From NCBI RefSeq assembly GCF_902713615.1, contig NC_052171.1:15349952-15413951 (forward strand): DNA of 64,000 nucleotides. Direction: 5' to 3'. Position numbers and translations under genes: made by a program. Under the pieces are notes generated by a model, which had not been told where the DNA came from, made no database searches, and saw only the letters and a program-made list of their open reading frames with translations. Shown here one piece after another: positions 1-12,862 of the stretch (position 1 is its first letter; the number at the start of each line of letters is the position of its first letter). The stretch comes from Scyliorhinus canicula (lineage: Eukaryota).

Positions 1-120
1 GGTGGTTTTGGGGGTTAGTGTGTTTTTCTTTTTGTTGTTGTTAATATTGTTTTCTTGTTATTTTCTGTTTGAATATGTTTTTGAAAATCTCAATAAAAAC
101 TGTTTAAAAAATAAATAAAA
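1..120 (+). mobile_element. 3' tail of a LINE (L1-like): GT-rich 3' UTR, AATAAA, A-rich tail
   Basis: GT/T-rich tract then caataaaaac and A-rich end, resembling the L1-like tail at ~17000. Confidence 0.45.
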
Positions 121-2059
121 TTGTGAGTGCAAAGACTGAGAGCAGGTGTAACTTAAGAGTGGTCGAATTCAATGTCCAATCAGGCACAGAAATAAATACC
201 GAGAATGAAAGAGAGATTGGACTGAGAGAGCGAGGAAAAACAGAGCAAGAAAAGTTGGAAAACGTTTTTATTCTTAATTTCACTTCCTTCAAATCTCCAA
301 TGATAGAACTTAGAAAATTGAGACTCCATACGTGTAATCACGAACTTTCCTTGCCAGAGAGGCTAAATGGTAATCATCAACACTTCGTATCATTAAAAGG
401 TGCTGAGACTTCACATGAATTGGTTTGACTTTCCGTGTGGAATATCGCTTGTATCTGCCCCACCTGTAAATATGGTCACGTAGTGCGTTCCAGAGCATTG
501 CAACTGCGAGCCCGAAATTGAGATGCCACATTGGTGAAGTTAATGTTGCAAATAAAAATTGCCGCACCATTTGAGCAGAAATATTAGCAGACATTATTTG
601 CCACACCATTACATCGCCAGCAAATTATGGGCCGATATGCCGCTGAGTCAATGAATGTGGAATTGATGCCGCTGTGCCACCCGTCCACAGCTCAGCTGGA
701 ATAAAGGTGCTTTCTTGTCAACCTTATTTGAGGCTTATTAATTTTTAACTTGCATGTTCATTTTGTTCAAAAAGCCAAGGTGCCTCTTTGCAGGAACTGT
801 TAATTAATATTGAGGTTTGCACAGTGAATCGGCAGCATTAGTCACAATTCGACATTTGTCAAAAGAAAAGATGCTCTTGCCTCGAGAATTAATTATGCAT
901 GGTCTATCTCCTGAGCGTGCTCTTCTGTACATTCAAACTCTCACATGCGCACACACGCGCATGCATCAACTGAGATACCTCTGACACACACAACCTTTGC
1001 TGTGCACAAGACAGATGACTGAAGCCATTCCATTCAGGCCTGATTGAAATTGAAGTTAATCTGTGCATTGTTTCCCTCAGACCTGGTAATTATTGATTGC
1101 GGCTATTACTGCCGTGTGAACAGCTGCCTGTGACAGATTACAGACCGACCTACAAGTGCACCCCCCAGCAATAAAACAGAAATAATCCAGACTGCCTGCT
1201 TTGAATCATTTCCTTTCCACAATTCACATCGAAATCTCTGCCTCCCACGCAATGAGTCCTGTAGTAGGCTGCTGTATTAGCCCTGTTTCCTAGTATGGGC
1301 AGAGAGCTTTATATTCCTGGGCTTCTTATTTCCCATCTGAAAAGTATACTGAATGTTGAATTACTGCCATCTCTAAGCAACACTGCTTTAAATAATCTTC
1401 TCCTGTTCCTGCCAATTTGTACCGCTGTTTGTTTTCATTGTGGATACAGGTCTTGTTTGAGGGCAAAGAGTTCTAATGTTCTGAGATGCCCCTTTTGCTA
1501 TCAGTACTCCCCAATGAGTGCTCACAGGTTGACGCCATTGGAGGGACTGGTTGTGACGAATAGGCAAAGGATTGAAAAAACATCCCCAAGGTTTTAATTG
1601 GTCCCAGGTTTTCAGCAGGGAAGGCTGGTGGGAATCCCACAAGAGGAAGTTAGAAAAGGCAGTGAGGAAATTGGTTTAGCTGCCTCTTGGCTCTTGGCTG
1701 TTGAGTCGACCGGTCACTCGTCAGTGACCCTGGCCAAGTCTGTGCATGTTTATTTGTTGGAGCACATGCGGTTGTGTTGCCCTCTTTGTGAGTTCACAAG
1801 ATGTAGGAGCAGAATTAGGCTACTCAGCCCATCGAGTCTGCTCCGCCATTTTATCATGGCTGACCCAACCCACAGCTTCATCAAAGCTTGCTCCCCAGGT
1901 TTGCATGTTCGGAGTGGTTGTTTCATGGACTGCAGATTTACTGGTCCTCGGATCATAGGAACAAGCACAGGTCAGTTAGACCCTCCAGTCTGTTGAGTGA
2001 GTTGACGTCCGCTCACTGACCCAACTCCAAGTACCCACCTTTGCTTCATGTCCCTTCAA

Positions 2060-2960
2060 ACCTTTGACCAGCCTCGGGTTTAATACAGAGCTTCGGATTG
2101 GCAATCAGCGGCGGATTGCTACTCTGTGGCGACCCACCTGCGCGTAAAATGTGAGGCGCACGTCTTTCCTGACCTTCCCAACCCCGGCCAGGTGAGACCG
2201 AAGAGGCAGAGCGCATCCCTCGTTCCAACGGTGAAGTGTGAATGGGGTGTCGCGGTGGGGGTTCAGATAGCGGCAAGGGGGATCTGGACATCGATGGTGT
2301 GGAGGGTTCTGGTAGCACTCCGGACATGGGGGGGGGGTGAGGTGGTGGGGGGGGAGAGGTGAGGGGGGGGTGGGGGGAGTGGTGTGGGGGGGGGAGGTGG
2401 AGGGAGTGGTGTGGGGGGGGGGGTGAGGGGGAGGTGGGGGGAGTGGTGTGGGGGGGGGTGGGTGTCGTTCGTGTCCGGGTCGGTCCGTTTAGGGGTGGTC
2501 ATGTTGGTCGTGTTGGAGGGGTGAGGACGGTGTCGGTTAAAAATAATAATCTTTATCAGTGTCATAAGTAGGTTCACATTATCACGGCAATGAAGTAACT
2601 GTGAAAATCCCCGAGTCGCCACACTCCGTCCGGCACCTGTTTGGGTACACTGAGTGAGAATTCAGAATGTCCAAATGACCTAACAGCACGTCTTTCGTGT
2701 CTTGTGGGAGGACACCGGAGCACCCGGAGGAAACCCATGCAGACATGGGGAGAACGTGCAGACTCTGCACACACTGTGACGTGAGGCAGCAGGACTAACC
2801 ACTGTGCTACCGTGGGTAGTGGGTGGGTGTCGGACCGGGGGGGGGGGGGGGAGTTGGGAATCCTGTGCGAGTAGGGAATACCATGGGGTGCTTAGTGTGG
2901 GCGTATGGAGGGAACGGGGGGTGGGGTGGATGTGTGTCCTGTGCGGCACTCTGTCTGGGT
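2060..2960 (+). mobile_element. Degenerate L1/Tx1-like 3' fragment with G-rich UTR, interrupted by a SINE
   Basis: G-rich tract 2328-2520 resembles the G-rich end of the L1-like copy at 16945-16980; weak similarity of upstream sequence to L1 ORF2 C-terminus. Confidence 0.35.
2542..2814 (-). mobile_element. tRNA-derived V-SINE (HE1-like body) with tail type C
   Basis: Reverse complement of the V-domain core gggtttcctccgggtgctccgg and of the tail seen at 17745-17866. Confidence 0.85.
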
Positions 2961-3830
2961 GTCTATAATAGTTGCTCTGGAGTTGGAACTGCTTTTTTCC
3001 CTTTTGACTCTTTCAGAGTAATTGTGAGCATGAAACTGGCAAAACCATCTGAAGTTAGAGATGTGAATTGCCTTGTCGGATCGCTTGCAGCCCAATGCAA
3101 TGGTTCAGAGGAAGTGAACCCCTTCCGGACAATTGCGAGGTAAACCCTTATGTGGGAACCTGCAAGAGGGATTCCCCAAGCGCATCTTTGTGGTATCCAG
3201 CAATGTTGGGGAGCGAGGAAGTTCTGGCCCGAACAATTGACCCTGCATCAGCTGCAGAGAAGGGAGTTCCAATCGACTCCTGTGTTTTGAACATGGAACT
3301 GTTTCTCACTTTAATGCCTGATGGAGCCTGCCTTTTGGGAGAGGAGAGGAAAAAGTTCTGTTGATGAATTTGACTGACTGGAGTTTGAAGAATGGATTGG
3401 GCAGGCTTTTGCTTCAACTACTGCAGGGAAATTCGCTGAGCCAGAATGCTGTATTTTTAAAATATTCGTGCTTGGGACATGAGTGTCGCTGACGAGGCCG
3501 GGATTTATGGCCCCTCCCTAATCGCCCTTGAGGTGTCAGGGCTGTGGCAGCAAAGTTTGTGCCAGCAAAATCTGGTTCGAAAGGAATCTCCTGAATGGTC
3601 ACGTAACCGTGCCTCCAGAACTCGAGAAGCTGACTGCAGCTTACTGGCCTCGATTTATCAGGTCAGCCTTGATCTTACTGGTATTCATCACATATCAAAA
3701 AGCTTAATGGCCCTCAACTCAAACAAGCAAAATTACTAAGGTTAATTCATCATATCCCTCAGCCTGCAAGGACCACTCAAAGCACTGACTCACTGATGGA
3801 CCCGAATACATTGGAGGTAGTGGGATGGTT

Positions 3831-4130
3831 TTAGACCATAAGACCATAAGACATAGGAGTGGAAGTAAGGCCATTCGGCCCATCGAGTCCATCCACTCCG
3901 CCATTCAATCATGGCTGATGGGCATTTCAACTCCACCTACCAGCATTCTCCCCGTAGCCCTTAATTCCTCGCGACATCAAGAATTTATCTATCTCTGCCT
4001 TGAAGCCATTTAGCGTCCCGGCCTCCACTGCACTCCACGGCAATGAATTCCACAGGCCCACCACTCTCTGGCTGAAGAAATGTCTCCGCATTTCTGTTCT
4101 GAATTTACCCCCTCTAATTCTAAGGCTGTG
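3831..4130 (-). mobile_element. CR1 LINE 3' fragment
   Basis: ORF 3927..4190 encodes CR1 ORF2 C-terminus (FRTEMRRHFFSQRVVGLWNSLP...FKAEIDKFL) followed by a short-repeat tail. Confidence 0.9.
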
Positions 4131-4243
4131 CATTTTTAACAATGCTGCTGCTTTTTGACTAAATATTGAAAGACTATGAACCAGGACCATTTCCGCCCCG
4201 CCATGGATTGTCTTCCCACAGCAAATGCAGCAACCAATAAATT

Positions 4244-4436
4244 CGGGCTGGTATAGCTCATTGGGCTAAATCGCAGGCTTTTAAAGCAGACCAAGCAGGC
4301 CAGCAGCGCGGTTCGATTCCCGTACCAGCCTCCCCGGACAGGCGCCGGAATGTGGCGACTAGGGGCTTTTCACAGTAACTTCATTGAAGCCTACTGGTGA
4401 CAATAAGCGATTTTCATTTCATTTCATTTTCATTTC
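4244..4436 (+). mobile_element. Short tRNA-derived SINE (family D)
   Basis: A-box-like tagctcattgg, B-box ggttcgattcc, tail ggcgccggaatgtggcgactagggg...(atttc)n; other copies at 7555, 25866, 41123. Confidence 0.85.
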
Positions 4437-4937
4437 CATTCTCCATTGACTGCGGCAAGTCTGGAAGATAATAACCTTTATTAATGTCACAAGTAGGCTT
4501 ACGTTAACACTTTAATGCAGTTACTGTGAAATCCCAGCCCTCGAGTCCTTTAGAACGCTGGTCTTTAGAACTGCCCCATACCTAACCTGCACTGATGCCT
4601 CAGGGCGTAGATCCCCCATGGTAGGAAGGGATTTGTGAAATAATCCCCTTTTTGCCATGCATCCGTACCATTGGTTCCATAAATCAACTGCCCTTTGGGT
4701 GAATAGGTTGCGTATAACTCCTCACCCCAGTTGCAACTTTCTAATATTTATCATGTGTTGTAACCTGACAAAATATGCCTGGATTAACATCTGTCCCCGT
4801 CCTTCAAATGTTGGAGATTTCAGTGAAGTGAATTCAGAAGTCTTTGTCTTCTCAAGTAAGTCATAACCTTTTGCCATGAAGGACAATGATGACAGTGGGC
4901 AAGTCTGGAGCGGGAAACTCTCCAGGGAATAACTCAC

Positions 4938-6306
4938 CTCATGGGAGTGTCCCTTTAAGAAAGGTTGTTGTCTTATCGCATGGCTTCAGTGATGTCATTG
5001 TGTGGGTGGAGCTGGGCTGTGGCTCTGTGAACTGTTTTTGGTTTCGCTTTCACATTTGACTGCTGTGGACTCAGAAAAGAGAAAAAAGTGTTTTGGCCTG
5101 TCTCTCTTTAGTTTCATTTTAAATATCTGTTCCACGAAAAATCACCTTGGTGGTGGCTTTTAATATATAGGGCGCGATTCTCCGCAAATGCGGAGAGTCG
5201 TAAAGGCTGCCGTGAAACCGGCCGTGTTTCACGGCAGCCTCCACGCCCCCTCCCGGGACCTGATTCACCCCCCCCCGGTCGGGGCTAGCATCGCGGCCCC
5301 GGGAAGAACGGCAGCGCAGGCTTAGCGAACGTTCGCTAAGCCCGGCCGGCAAGACTCACGGCGGCTGACGCGCACGATGACATCAGCCGCGCATGCGCGG
5401 GTTGGACGCCTCCAACCCGCACATGCGCGGATGACGTCATCGCGCATATGCGTCAAACCCGCACATACACGGTCCGTCATGCCCCTCAGTTGCCCTGCGG
5501 ACTGATCCTGTGGGGCGGCGGAGGGACAAAGAGTGCATGGGAATCAGACCCGTTGCCCGCGATCGGTGCCCACCGATCGCGGGCCCATGCCACCCTTGGC
5601 AAGGCCGTGGTGCGGCCGTGCCAATCGGTGGCATGGTTGTGCAGAACGGCACTTTGCAGCCATTTTCACAAACTGTGATTGCAGGTGTGTTTAAATTCAT
5701 GAAAACGGCCGTAAAGGCCTGGGAAATCGGCCCATCGGATAGGGAAGAATCGCTGCTCGCCGTAAAAAAATGGCGAGCAGCGATTCGTGTCGTGGGGCGG
5801 CCGTGGGGGGGGGAGAATAGCGGGAGGTCGGGAAAAATGTCGGGAAGGCCCTCCCGCTATTCTCCGACCCGTCATGGGGGCGGAGAATCGCGCCCATAGT
5901 TTGCTTTCCGGAAGAGTTTAAACCTGTTGGTGAGGTGGGGTCAGAATCTCAGGAAAAGCCAGTCATATTCAAGTGAGAATGCAGAGTGCTGGGCCACGCC
6001 CTTGAACAGGGATTTTTGGTTTTGAATTGGAACAGTTAAGGGGGGATTCATTAAGTGTTATACATAGATTACTGTAACTGAGGGGTGTCCTTATGTTTGT
6101 AATTGATCAAAATTATTGCTGTGTTTATATAAATGTTCACTCAGTTCTTAGAATAAAGCTTGTTTTGATGAAAATATCTAGGAAGACTGATGACTCACAC
6201 CTGAAGGGAAGGCTCTTGTGCTCATCCCAGCCAAATTCAACAAAAAGTTATCGGTCAGGTGAACTCCATAATATACTTTGGAGTTTCTAAACCCTGGCTC
6301 ACAACA
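4938..6306 (+). mobile_element. Probable solo LTR split by a MITE
   Basis: Promoter-like 5' part, AATAAA near 6152, ends ...cacaaca; no TSD or exact 5' end identified. Confidence 0.45.
5170..5895. mobile_element. PIF/Harbinger-type non-autonomous DNA transposon (MITE)
   Basis: 16-bp TIR gggcgcgattctccgc / gcggagaatcgcgccc; 3-bp TSD ATA (5167-5169, 5896-5898); CpG-rich; homologous to 62432-63167. Confidence 0.9.
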
Positions 6307-7554
6307 CAGTAAAGAGTTAATCTTAATTAGACAATAATGTTAATGATAATGGAAGCATGACACCAGGTTAAAGTGTCCCAAGAGGCTCCGCTGGAGCAAG
6401 ACGCAGAACAGTCCGTGTCCAGAGAATAACATATTTACCATGGGGTCTGGGATGTGAATAGTCTAAATAAACAGTCTCGAGAAAACCCACATACTGACTG
6501 TGTAATGTTGTGGGTTTCTCAAATCACCAACATCAAGGACTTCAACAAAGGTAATTTATTACCTCTGTCCCCGCTCCTTTGGATAACTCTACGCGGCCGC
6601 TCGTGACCTCCTTTTGTAGCTGCATCATCACATTCTCACGTGACAACTCGGACTGCATTACAGTCACTCAGAGAATAACAGAAATCTCATCAAGGCAGAA
6701 GATTTGAGATGATGTGGCACTCAGTGATATCATGGTCAGCAGAGTTCATTTCTGATGGGTACAGTGACGGTGACAACAAGATTTTATTTCCTTGCCTTGT
6801 CCGTTGAGCAATTTGACATAAATAGATTGACATTGACGTTATTCCGGATGTAGCTGTGTGGGATGATGTGGAGTTGTCCGATGTCAGCTGGCAAAAACAT
6901 TCCTTTGTTTACAATCAACCTCTAATAAAAGTGATTAATTTGAAATACAGATATGGTCATATACGATTCTTACGGAGTAATTTCCTCTCCGTGTGCAAAC
7001 ATTACCTCAAAATAAAGAAGTCGGGTGAATTGTACGATCATTGAATGATTACAGCACAGAAGGAGGTCATTCAGCCCGTCATCTCCACCCCAGCCCTCTG
7101 GAAGAGCAACTCATCTCACCCCTGCCTTATCCCTGTCGCATTTCCAATTTTAAGAATACTCGGTGTCCCGCATGGATAACAATGTTTTTATAATGATGGA
7201 AAACCTGTTGAAATAGTTGTGTGCAAGTTTCAAATGGTCAATTGTTGGGAGCATAATCCTTTGTGAATAAAAAGTTCCATGCGTTTGAATTTATGTGCGC
7301 GGTATTGTATTGGGACTGAATACTGCACAGAACCTCGGAGGGTTTTGTGGTTTGCTGAAATTTATTTTTGTTGACTTTGGATAAATATATATCTTTGGAA
7401 ATACTAAACTTGGAAACGAAAATAGCTTTGGCAAGTTGTGGACTTCTGCAAAAGCCAATTGGAGCACGATGCCCAGCAGACAAATCAGCTTTCCTGTCCC
7501 TCTGGTCAGTCCCGACACTCTGGCAGTTGGCTCATTGGGGCAGTGAGGATGAAA

Positions 7555-7735
7555 AAAAATGAAAATGAAAATCGCTTATTGTCATGAGTAGGCTTCAAAT
7601 TAAGTTACTGTGAAAAGCCCCTAGTCGCCACATTCCGGCGCCTGTTCGGGAAGGCTGTTACGGGAATCGAACCGTGCTGATGGCCTGCTTGGTCTGCTTT
7701 CAAAGCCAGCGATTTAGCCCAGTGCTAAACAGACC
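7555..7735 (-). mobile_element. SINE family D
   Basis: Reverse complement of 4244-4436. Confidence 0.85.
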
Positions 7736-8709
7736 AGGATTGGTCAATACAGGTACTGACTACCTTGATCGGCTTTTTCCCACTCAGGAGAAGCAATTAG
7801 AAGAGAACATGATCGTAGCTATTAATCATCGTTGAATCTGTCAAGTTTTGGGTAAGGTTTGGCGGCGAAATATGCCATCTTGGAGAATCTGAAAGAAAAT
7901 CTTGAATAAGAAGCATTTTGTGACCTTCACCACCACACAGCGATGGATTTGCAAACAAATTCTAGAATCATAGAATTTACAGTGCAGAAGGAGGCCATTC
8001 AGCCCATCAAATCTGCACCGGCCCTTAAAAAGAGCACCCGACAGTGAAGTTGGAGGGAAGCTATTCCCTCTGGTGAGTGGGTCAATAAAACCAGAGCTCA
8101 TAGACTTGAAGTCATTGGTGAAAGATCGAGAAGTGAGATGATGAGAAATTCACTGACCGTGGGTTGCCTGGATCTGAAATGGTCCACCTGAAAAGATGGC
8201 AGAATTGGCCGGACGAGCATCAGCATAGCTCGTCTTTCAAAGACACAGGACAGGCACATTGGGCTTCCTCTGTGCTGCAGGTTTCCCTGGTCCCATAATT
8301 TAACTTGAAATGTCTGTTTTCACGCATTTATCTGGAGCATGCATGGCCCGTTGTAATCATTGCACTCTGAAGGTGAAATAGCAAGCAAAATGATCCATAC
8401 TTTTAATCTGAATATTGCCCAAGCTGGAAAGAATTATTGATCCCCGATTCACAAAATAAAGTGACCAACAGCACAAACAGATCTGTCTCCAATTCATGTT
8501 CATGCTTCTCTAACCTGAAAATTGCATCGACAAGGTTGAAGCGATTGTCTCATTTCTCACTCCCCAATGAATTAATCGGCTGGTACTTCATCCATCCGAT
8601 ACAAAAACTCTTTGCCTTTATACATTCAGTGAGTTTCTGCCAGTGGGATGTTTGTCAGCATGGTAGTCTGTGGTACTCCCCTTTGACCACCCCGATATTT
8701 ACTGAGGTG

Positions 8710-9051
8710 TCATAGATCCATGTCATAGAGTTTACAGTGCAGAAGGAGGCCATTCGGCCCATCGAGTCTGCACCAGCTCTTGGAAAGAGCACCCTACCCA
8801 AGGTCAACCCCTCCTCCCTATCCCCATAACCCAGTAACCCCACCCAACACTAAGGGCAATTTTGGATACTATCATGGCCAATCCACCTAACCTGCACATC
8901 TTGGACTGTGGGAGGAAACCGGAACACCCGGAGGAAACCCACGCACACATGGGGAGGATGTGCAGACTCCGCACAGACAGTGACCCAAGCCGGAATCGAA
9001 CCTGGGACCCTGGAGCTATGAAGCATTTATGCTATCCACAATGCTACCATG
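8710..9051 (-). mobile_element. HE1-like V-SINE, tail type B
   Basis: tRNA head with B-box, V-domain core, CR1-like tail ...gggccgaatggcctccttctgcactgtaaa. Confidence 0.9.
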
Positions 9052-9409
9052 AGCCTGGATCGGTGGGTGGTGGGGGAAGGGGCTCGGGTCACATGGTCAG
9101 GGAACACTAGGGAATATTTGTGTTTGGGACAATGGGTTTCCAACCTGCCAGTCGGCCTTACTCGCAGAGTTGGCTGTCTGATGGACAGGAAGGGTTGGGC
9201 GTTGTGCTGCTTAGTTTAGCGCAAGCACACCGATCATAGAATAAGGGCAGGTGAACAATGTGAGTCCCTTATTGGAAGTTCATGCCATCGCACATGATGG
9301 TATTTAGCATGCTGTGGGGATGTCTGACCTATGGGAGTGCTGCTCTGTTCTGTGCACAGTGAACATACCTGGCATCCTGCCGATGAATGCACCACATCCT
9401 GTCTGTGAA

Positions 9410-9890
9410 CATACGAAAGAAGAGCAGAAATAGGCCATTCGGCCCCTCGAGCCTGCTCCACCATTCAACAAGATCATGACCGTTCTGTTTGTGTTTCGCG
9501 TTGCACATTCCCATCTATCCCGATGACCTTTATTCACTCGCCCAACAAGAATCGTATCTACATCTACCTTAAAGATACTCAATGACCCCAGCGGAGAGAG
9601 TTCCAGAACCCTCTGAGAGAAAAACGTTCTCCTCATCTCTGTCCTGTCAGGGCGACCCCGAACTTTAAAAGTGCCCCCTTGTTCTGGACTGACCCCCAAA
9701 AGGAAACGTTCTTTCCACATTCTGTTCAGGATCTTGTCTACTTCAATCACGTCGCCCTTCACTCTTCACACGTCCAATGGGAACACATCCAGCCCAACGA
9801 ACCTTTCCTCACCAGAAAACCTGCTCATTCCAGATATCAGTCTCGTAAACCTTCTCTGAACCGCCTCCAATGCACCTTGCTTAAATAAGC
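9410..9890 (-). mobile_element. CR1 LINE 3' fragment (degenerate)
   Basis: ORF 9304..9762 has KVRGRPDRTEMRRTFFSQRVL; CR1 tail. Confidence 0.85.
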
Positions 9891-10620
9891 GGTGCGATTC
9901 AGCGGGCTTGTGTTAAACCCCACTGAATGGCAAGTTTAGCGTGTTTTTCTCATCACCTGCAGCGCTGTGAACCATCTTGCTATTCAATGTCTTTTGGTTT
10001 GGACTCGGGGAGATTCGCTCCCCCCCCCGAGGCCGCCCTGAGCTGAGGTTCAGCTGCAGGAAAGGGTCCTCGCTAATTGGGGCACAATTTTGACCGGTTG
10101 CCCCAATTCTCCCCCCCCCCCCACCACCCCAGGGTGTCAGGATGACAATGCCATGGGGAGAGACAGAGTTCCACCCTGCCCTGTCCCTGACCACGTGCGA
10201 GTTTCCAATGGCTTGAGTGAGATCCAATGGTCTCGTCTCGACGCCAGGTCGTGTCCAAGAGGACTGGAAATGCACTCAGTGTTCGAGATGTGTTCTCACC
10301 TGTGCCCTGTGTAACTGAAGAATAACGTCCTTACTTTCATGTTCGAATCCTCCTGTAACAAAGGGCAGCATTCCATTAGCCTTCTTGATTACTTGCTGCA
10401 CCTGCATTGTGACTCATACACGAGAGCACCGTGATCTTCGTGATGGATGGTGATGGGGCAATGTACAATTCAATGTACCGTTCAATGTACGGACCTCAAT
10501 AATAGGTCACCAACAGTGGTGGTGGGGAGAGGGGCGGTGAAAGTGAAAATCTTTTGGAGGTGGGGGCGGGAAGGAAGGAGGGTGGCAGCTGACACGATAG
10601 GGTGGTGATCGGGTTTGGTC

Positions 10621-10971
10621 AGAATAGAATTAGAATTAGAACAGTACAGCACAGAACAGGCCCTTCGGCCCTCAATGTTGTGCTGAGCAATGATCACCCT
10701 ACTCAAGGCCGCGTATCCACCCTATACCAGTAACCCAACAACCCCATTAACTTTATTATTTTTTAGGACACCAAGGGCAATTTAGCCTGGCCAATCCACC
10801 TAACCCGCACATCTTAGGACTGTGGGAGGAAACCGGAGCACCCGGAGGAAACCCGCGCACACACGGGGAGGACGTGCAGACTCCGCACAGACAGTGACCC
10901 AGCCGGGAATCGAACCTGGGACCCTGGAGCTGTGAAGCATTTATGCTAACCACCATGCTACCGCGCTGCCC
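10621..10971 (-). mobile_element. HE1-like V-SINE, tail type A
   Basis: Full head, core and tail gggccgaagggcctgttctgtgctgtactg(ttcta)n. Confidence 0.9.
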
Positions 10972-11837
10972 ATAGATGGTGGGGAAGGGTGGATATTTGC
11001 AGGGTTAGTTTGCTGGGAAGGGTGGATATTTGCAGGGTTAGTTTGCTGGGCCTGGAAGAAACACTCCTGTTCCTCTTGGGCCCATGCGGTGCAGTGAAGG
11101 CACTTGCGTTATGGATATAGCCCTTCCTGCCTTACTCTGCGTGCCAGTTTCAACCAACCAACCAACATGATTTCACAATGGAAACTATGTTGAAATGGAG
11201 TCTTGCACACTCCTCCAAAAGGCAAGGGAAACGCTCCTTTCCTGAGTGAAGCATGTCCGCCTACTGCCTCTCGTCCTGCCGCCGTTAAACTCAGAAAGGG
11301 GTGAATTGATTTGGACTTGAGATTTTGAACATTTTCGCTTAAAGTTCCCCCCCGTGTGCTGATAAAAAGCATGGATTGAGGAGGATAGTGCAATTAAATC
11401 AATCTGTTTTGTTGTGAGTGGGGAAGTCTTGAGGGATTAACATTGCCAAGTGCGTCCTTATGTTATTTTTGCTGATGTTAGTTTGGCAGCAGCATTTCTG
11501 CAGGAACATGGGGACCAAAGGCTGTTGCTCCATTGGGACGGTGCCATTCTTGTGAACTGCAGTGCTGTGCACCTCGATTATTGCTTGATCCGATGGTGTG
11601 AAGATGTTGCCCAATTGGGGGCCATAACACCAAGGCCCTATACATATTTTAAATAGTTAATGGAACCTCAAAGGTCACAAATCACCTGCTGGCACTCGTA
11701 GCAAAGGTGAAGGAAATCTAATCTGATTCAGGTTATTGTACCGAGATCGAGGGCTGGATTCTCCATTCCCCCAGCCGCATGTTTCATGCAGCCATTCGCT
11801 GGTGGTGGGATTCTCTCCCCCTGCCGCTTCGTAGATC

Positions 11838-12245
11838 TCCACAGGGCAGAAGGAGGCCATTCAGCCCGTCAAGTCTGTACTGACTCCAGGGTTAGTTTGC
11901 TGGGAAGGGTGGATATTTGCAGGGTTAGTTTGCTGGGCCTGGAAGAAACACTCCTGTTCCTCTTGGTCCTGAACGATGCAGCGAAAGCACTTGTGCAATG
12001 AAAGGTCACCCCACCAAGGCCTCTTGCCCCACCCTCTCCTCGCAAGCCCACCTTCCCTGCACATCCCTGGACACGTGGGGGTAATTTAAGCATGGCCAAT
12101 CCAACCAGTCTGCACATCTTTGGACCATGGGAGGAAACCCATGCAGACATGGGGAGAATGTACAAACTCTACACAGTTACCCGAGGCCGGAATTGGACCC
12201 GGGCCCCTGGCTCTGTGAGGCAGCAGTGCTAACCACTGTGCCGCC
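11838..12245 (-). mobile_element. Diverged HE1-like V-SINE containing a locally copied insert
   Basis: Head at ~12245, core ~12080-12170, tail remnant 11838-11887, foreign segment 11888-11996. Confidence 0.7.
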
Positions 12246-12764
12246 ACCAAATTCTTTCATCAAGTTAAGGACCACTTAGTCTTCACTTTTCTACCAGCCG
12301 GTTCATTCTTACCTGATTGCTTTCACCTCCGACTGTTGGTATCGTTCTTGCGAACAATTCTTTTGCCCCTTCATCAGTGTCGTTATTTCCTCTTTACAAT
12401 ATGAGGCCCAGAACAGTTTACGGTGTTTAAGTGCCGTCTAACTGAGGTTTGATACACTGTGAACATAATTTCTCTGCTTCCCACTTCTTTCCCTCCAGAA
12501 ATTAACCCAGATATTTTGATTCCTTCTTTATGTCCTCACAAACCTCTGACCCAATTCTCAATGTTGCTCACCTTGGCTGCAAAGGTGAAGCAAAATAGAT
12601 GTTGCAAAAAAATGGATAAAAACATTGTGATGGCGAAGCAGGTGGCATCCTCAGGTGTAGTTTTATTCCCTGACCTCGAACTGCCTGAATGACCATTTTT
12701 ACCTTGAAATATAACATCTCTGTTCCTGCCACCGCTGAAATCAACAAAAGCCAACGCGGTGGGT

Positions 12765-12862
12765 CGAAAACAGAAAATGCTGGAAATGTTCAGGAGGTCG
12801 GGCAGCGAGTGTAGAGGAAGAAGAGTGGATGTTTCAGACTGAAGGCCTTTTGTCAGAGCTGA
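12765..12862 (-). mobile_element. Penelope-like pLTR fragment (second family) with degenerate hammerhead motif
   Basis: Minus strand ctctgacaaaaggccttcagtctgaaacatcc...gacctcctgaacatttccagcattttctgtttt resembles a common fish/shark PLE terminus. Confidence 0.55.

Noticed and set aside
2328-2520. G-quadruplex-prone tract and Pro/Gly-rich ORFs
   Set aside because: Explained as a G-rich retroelement UTR or homopolymer expansion; poly-G runs are common throughout the window
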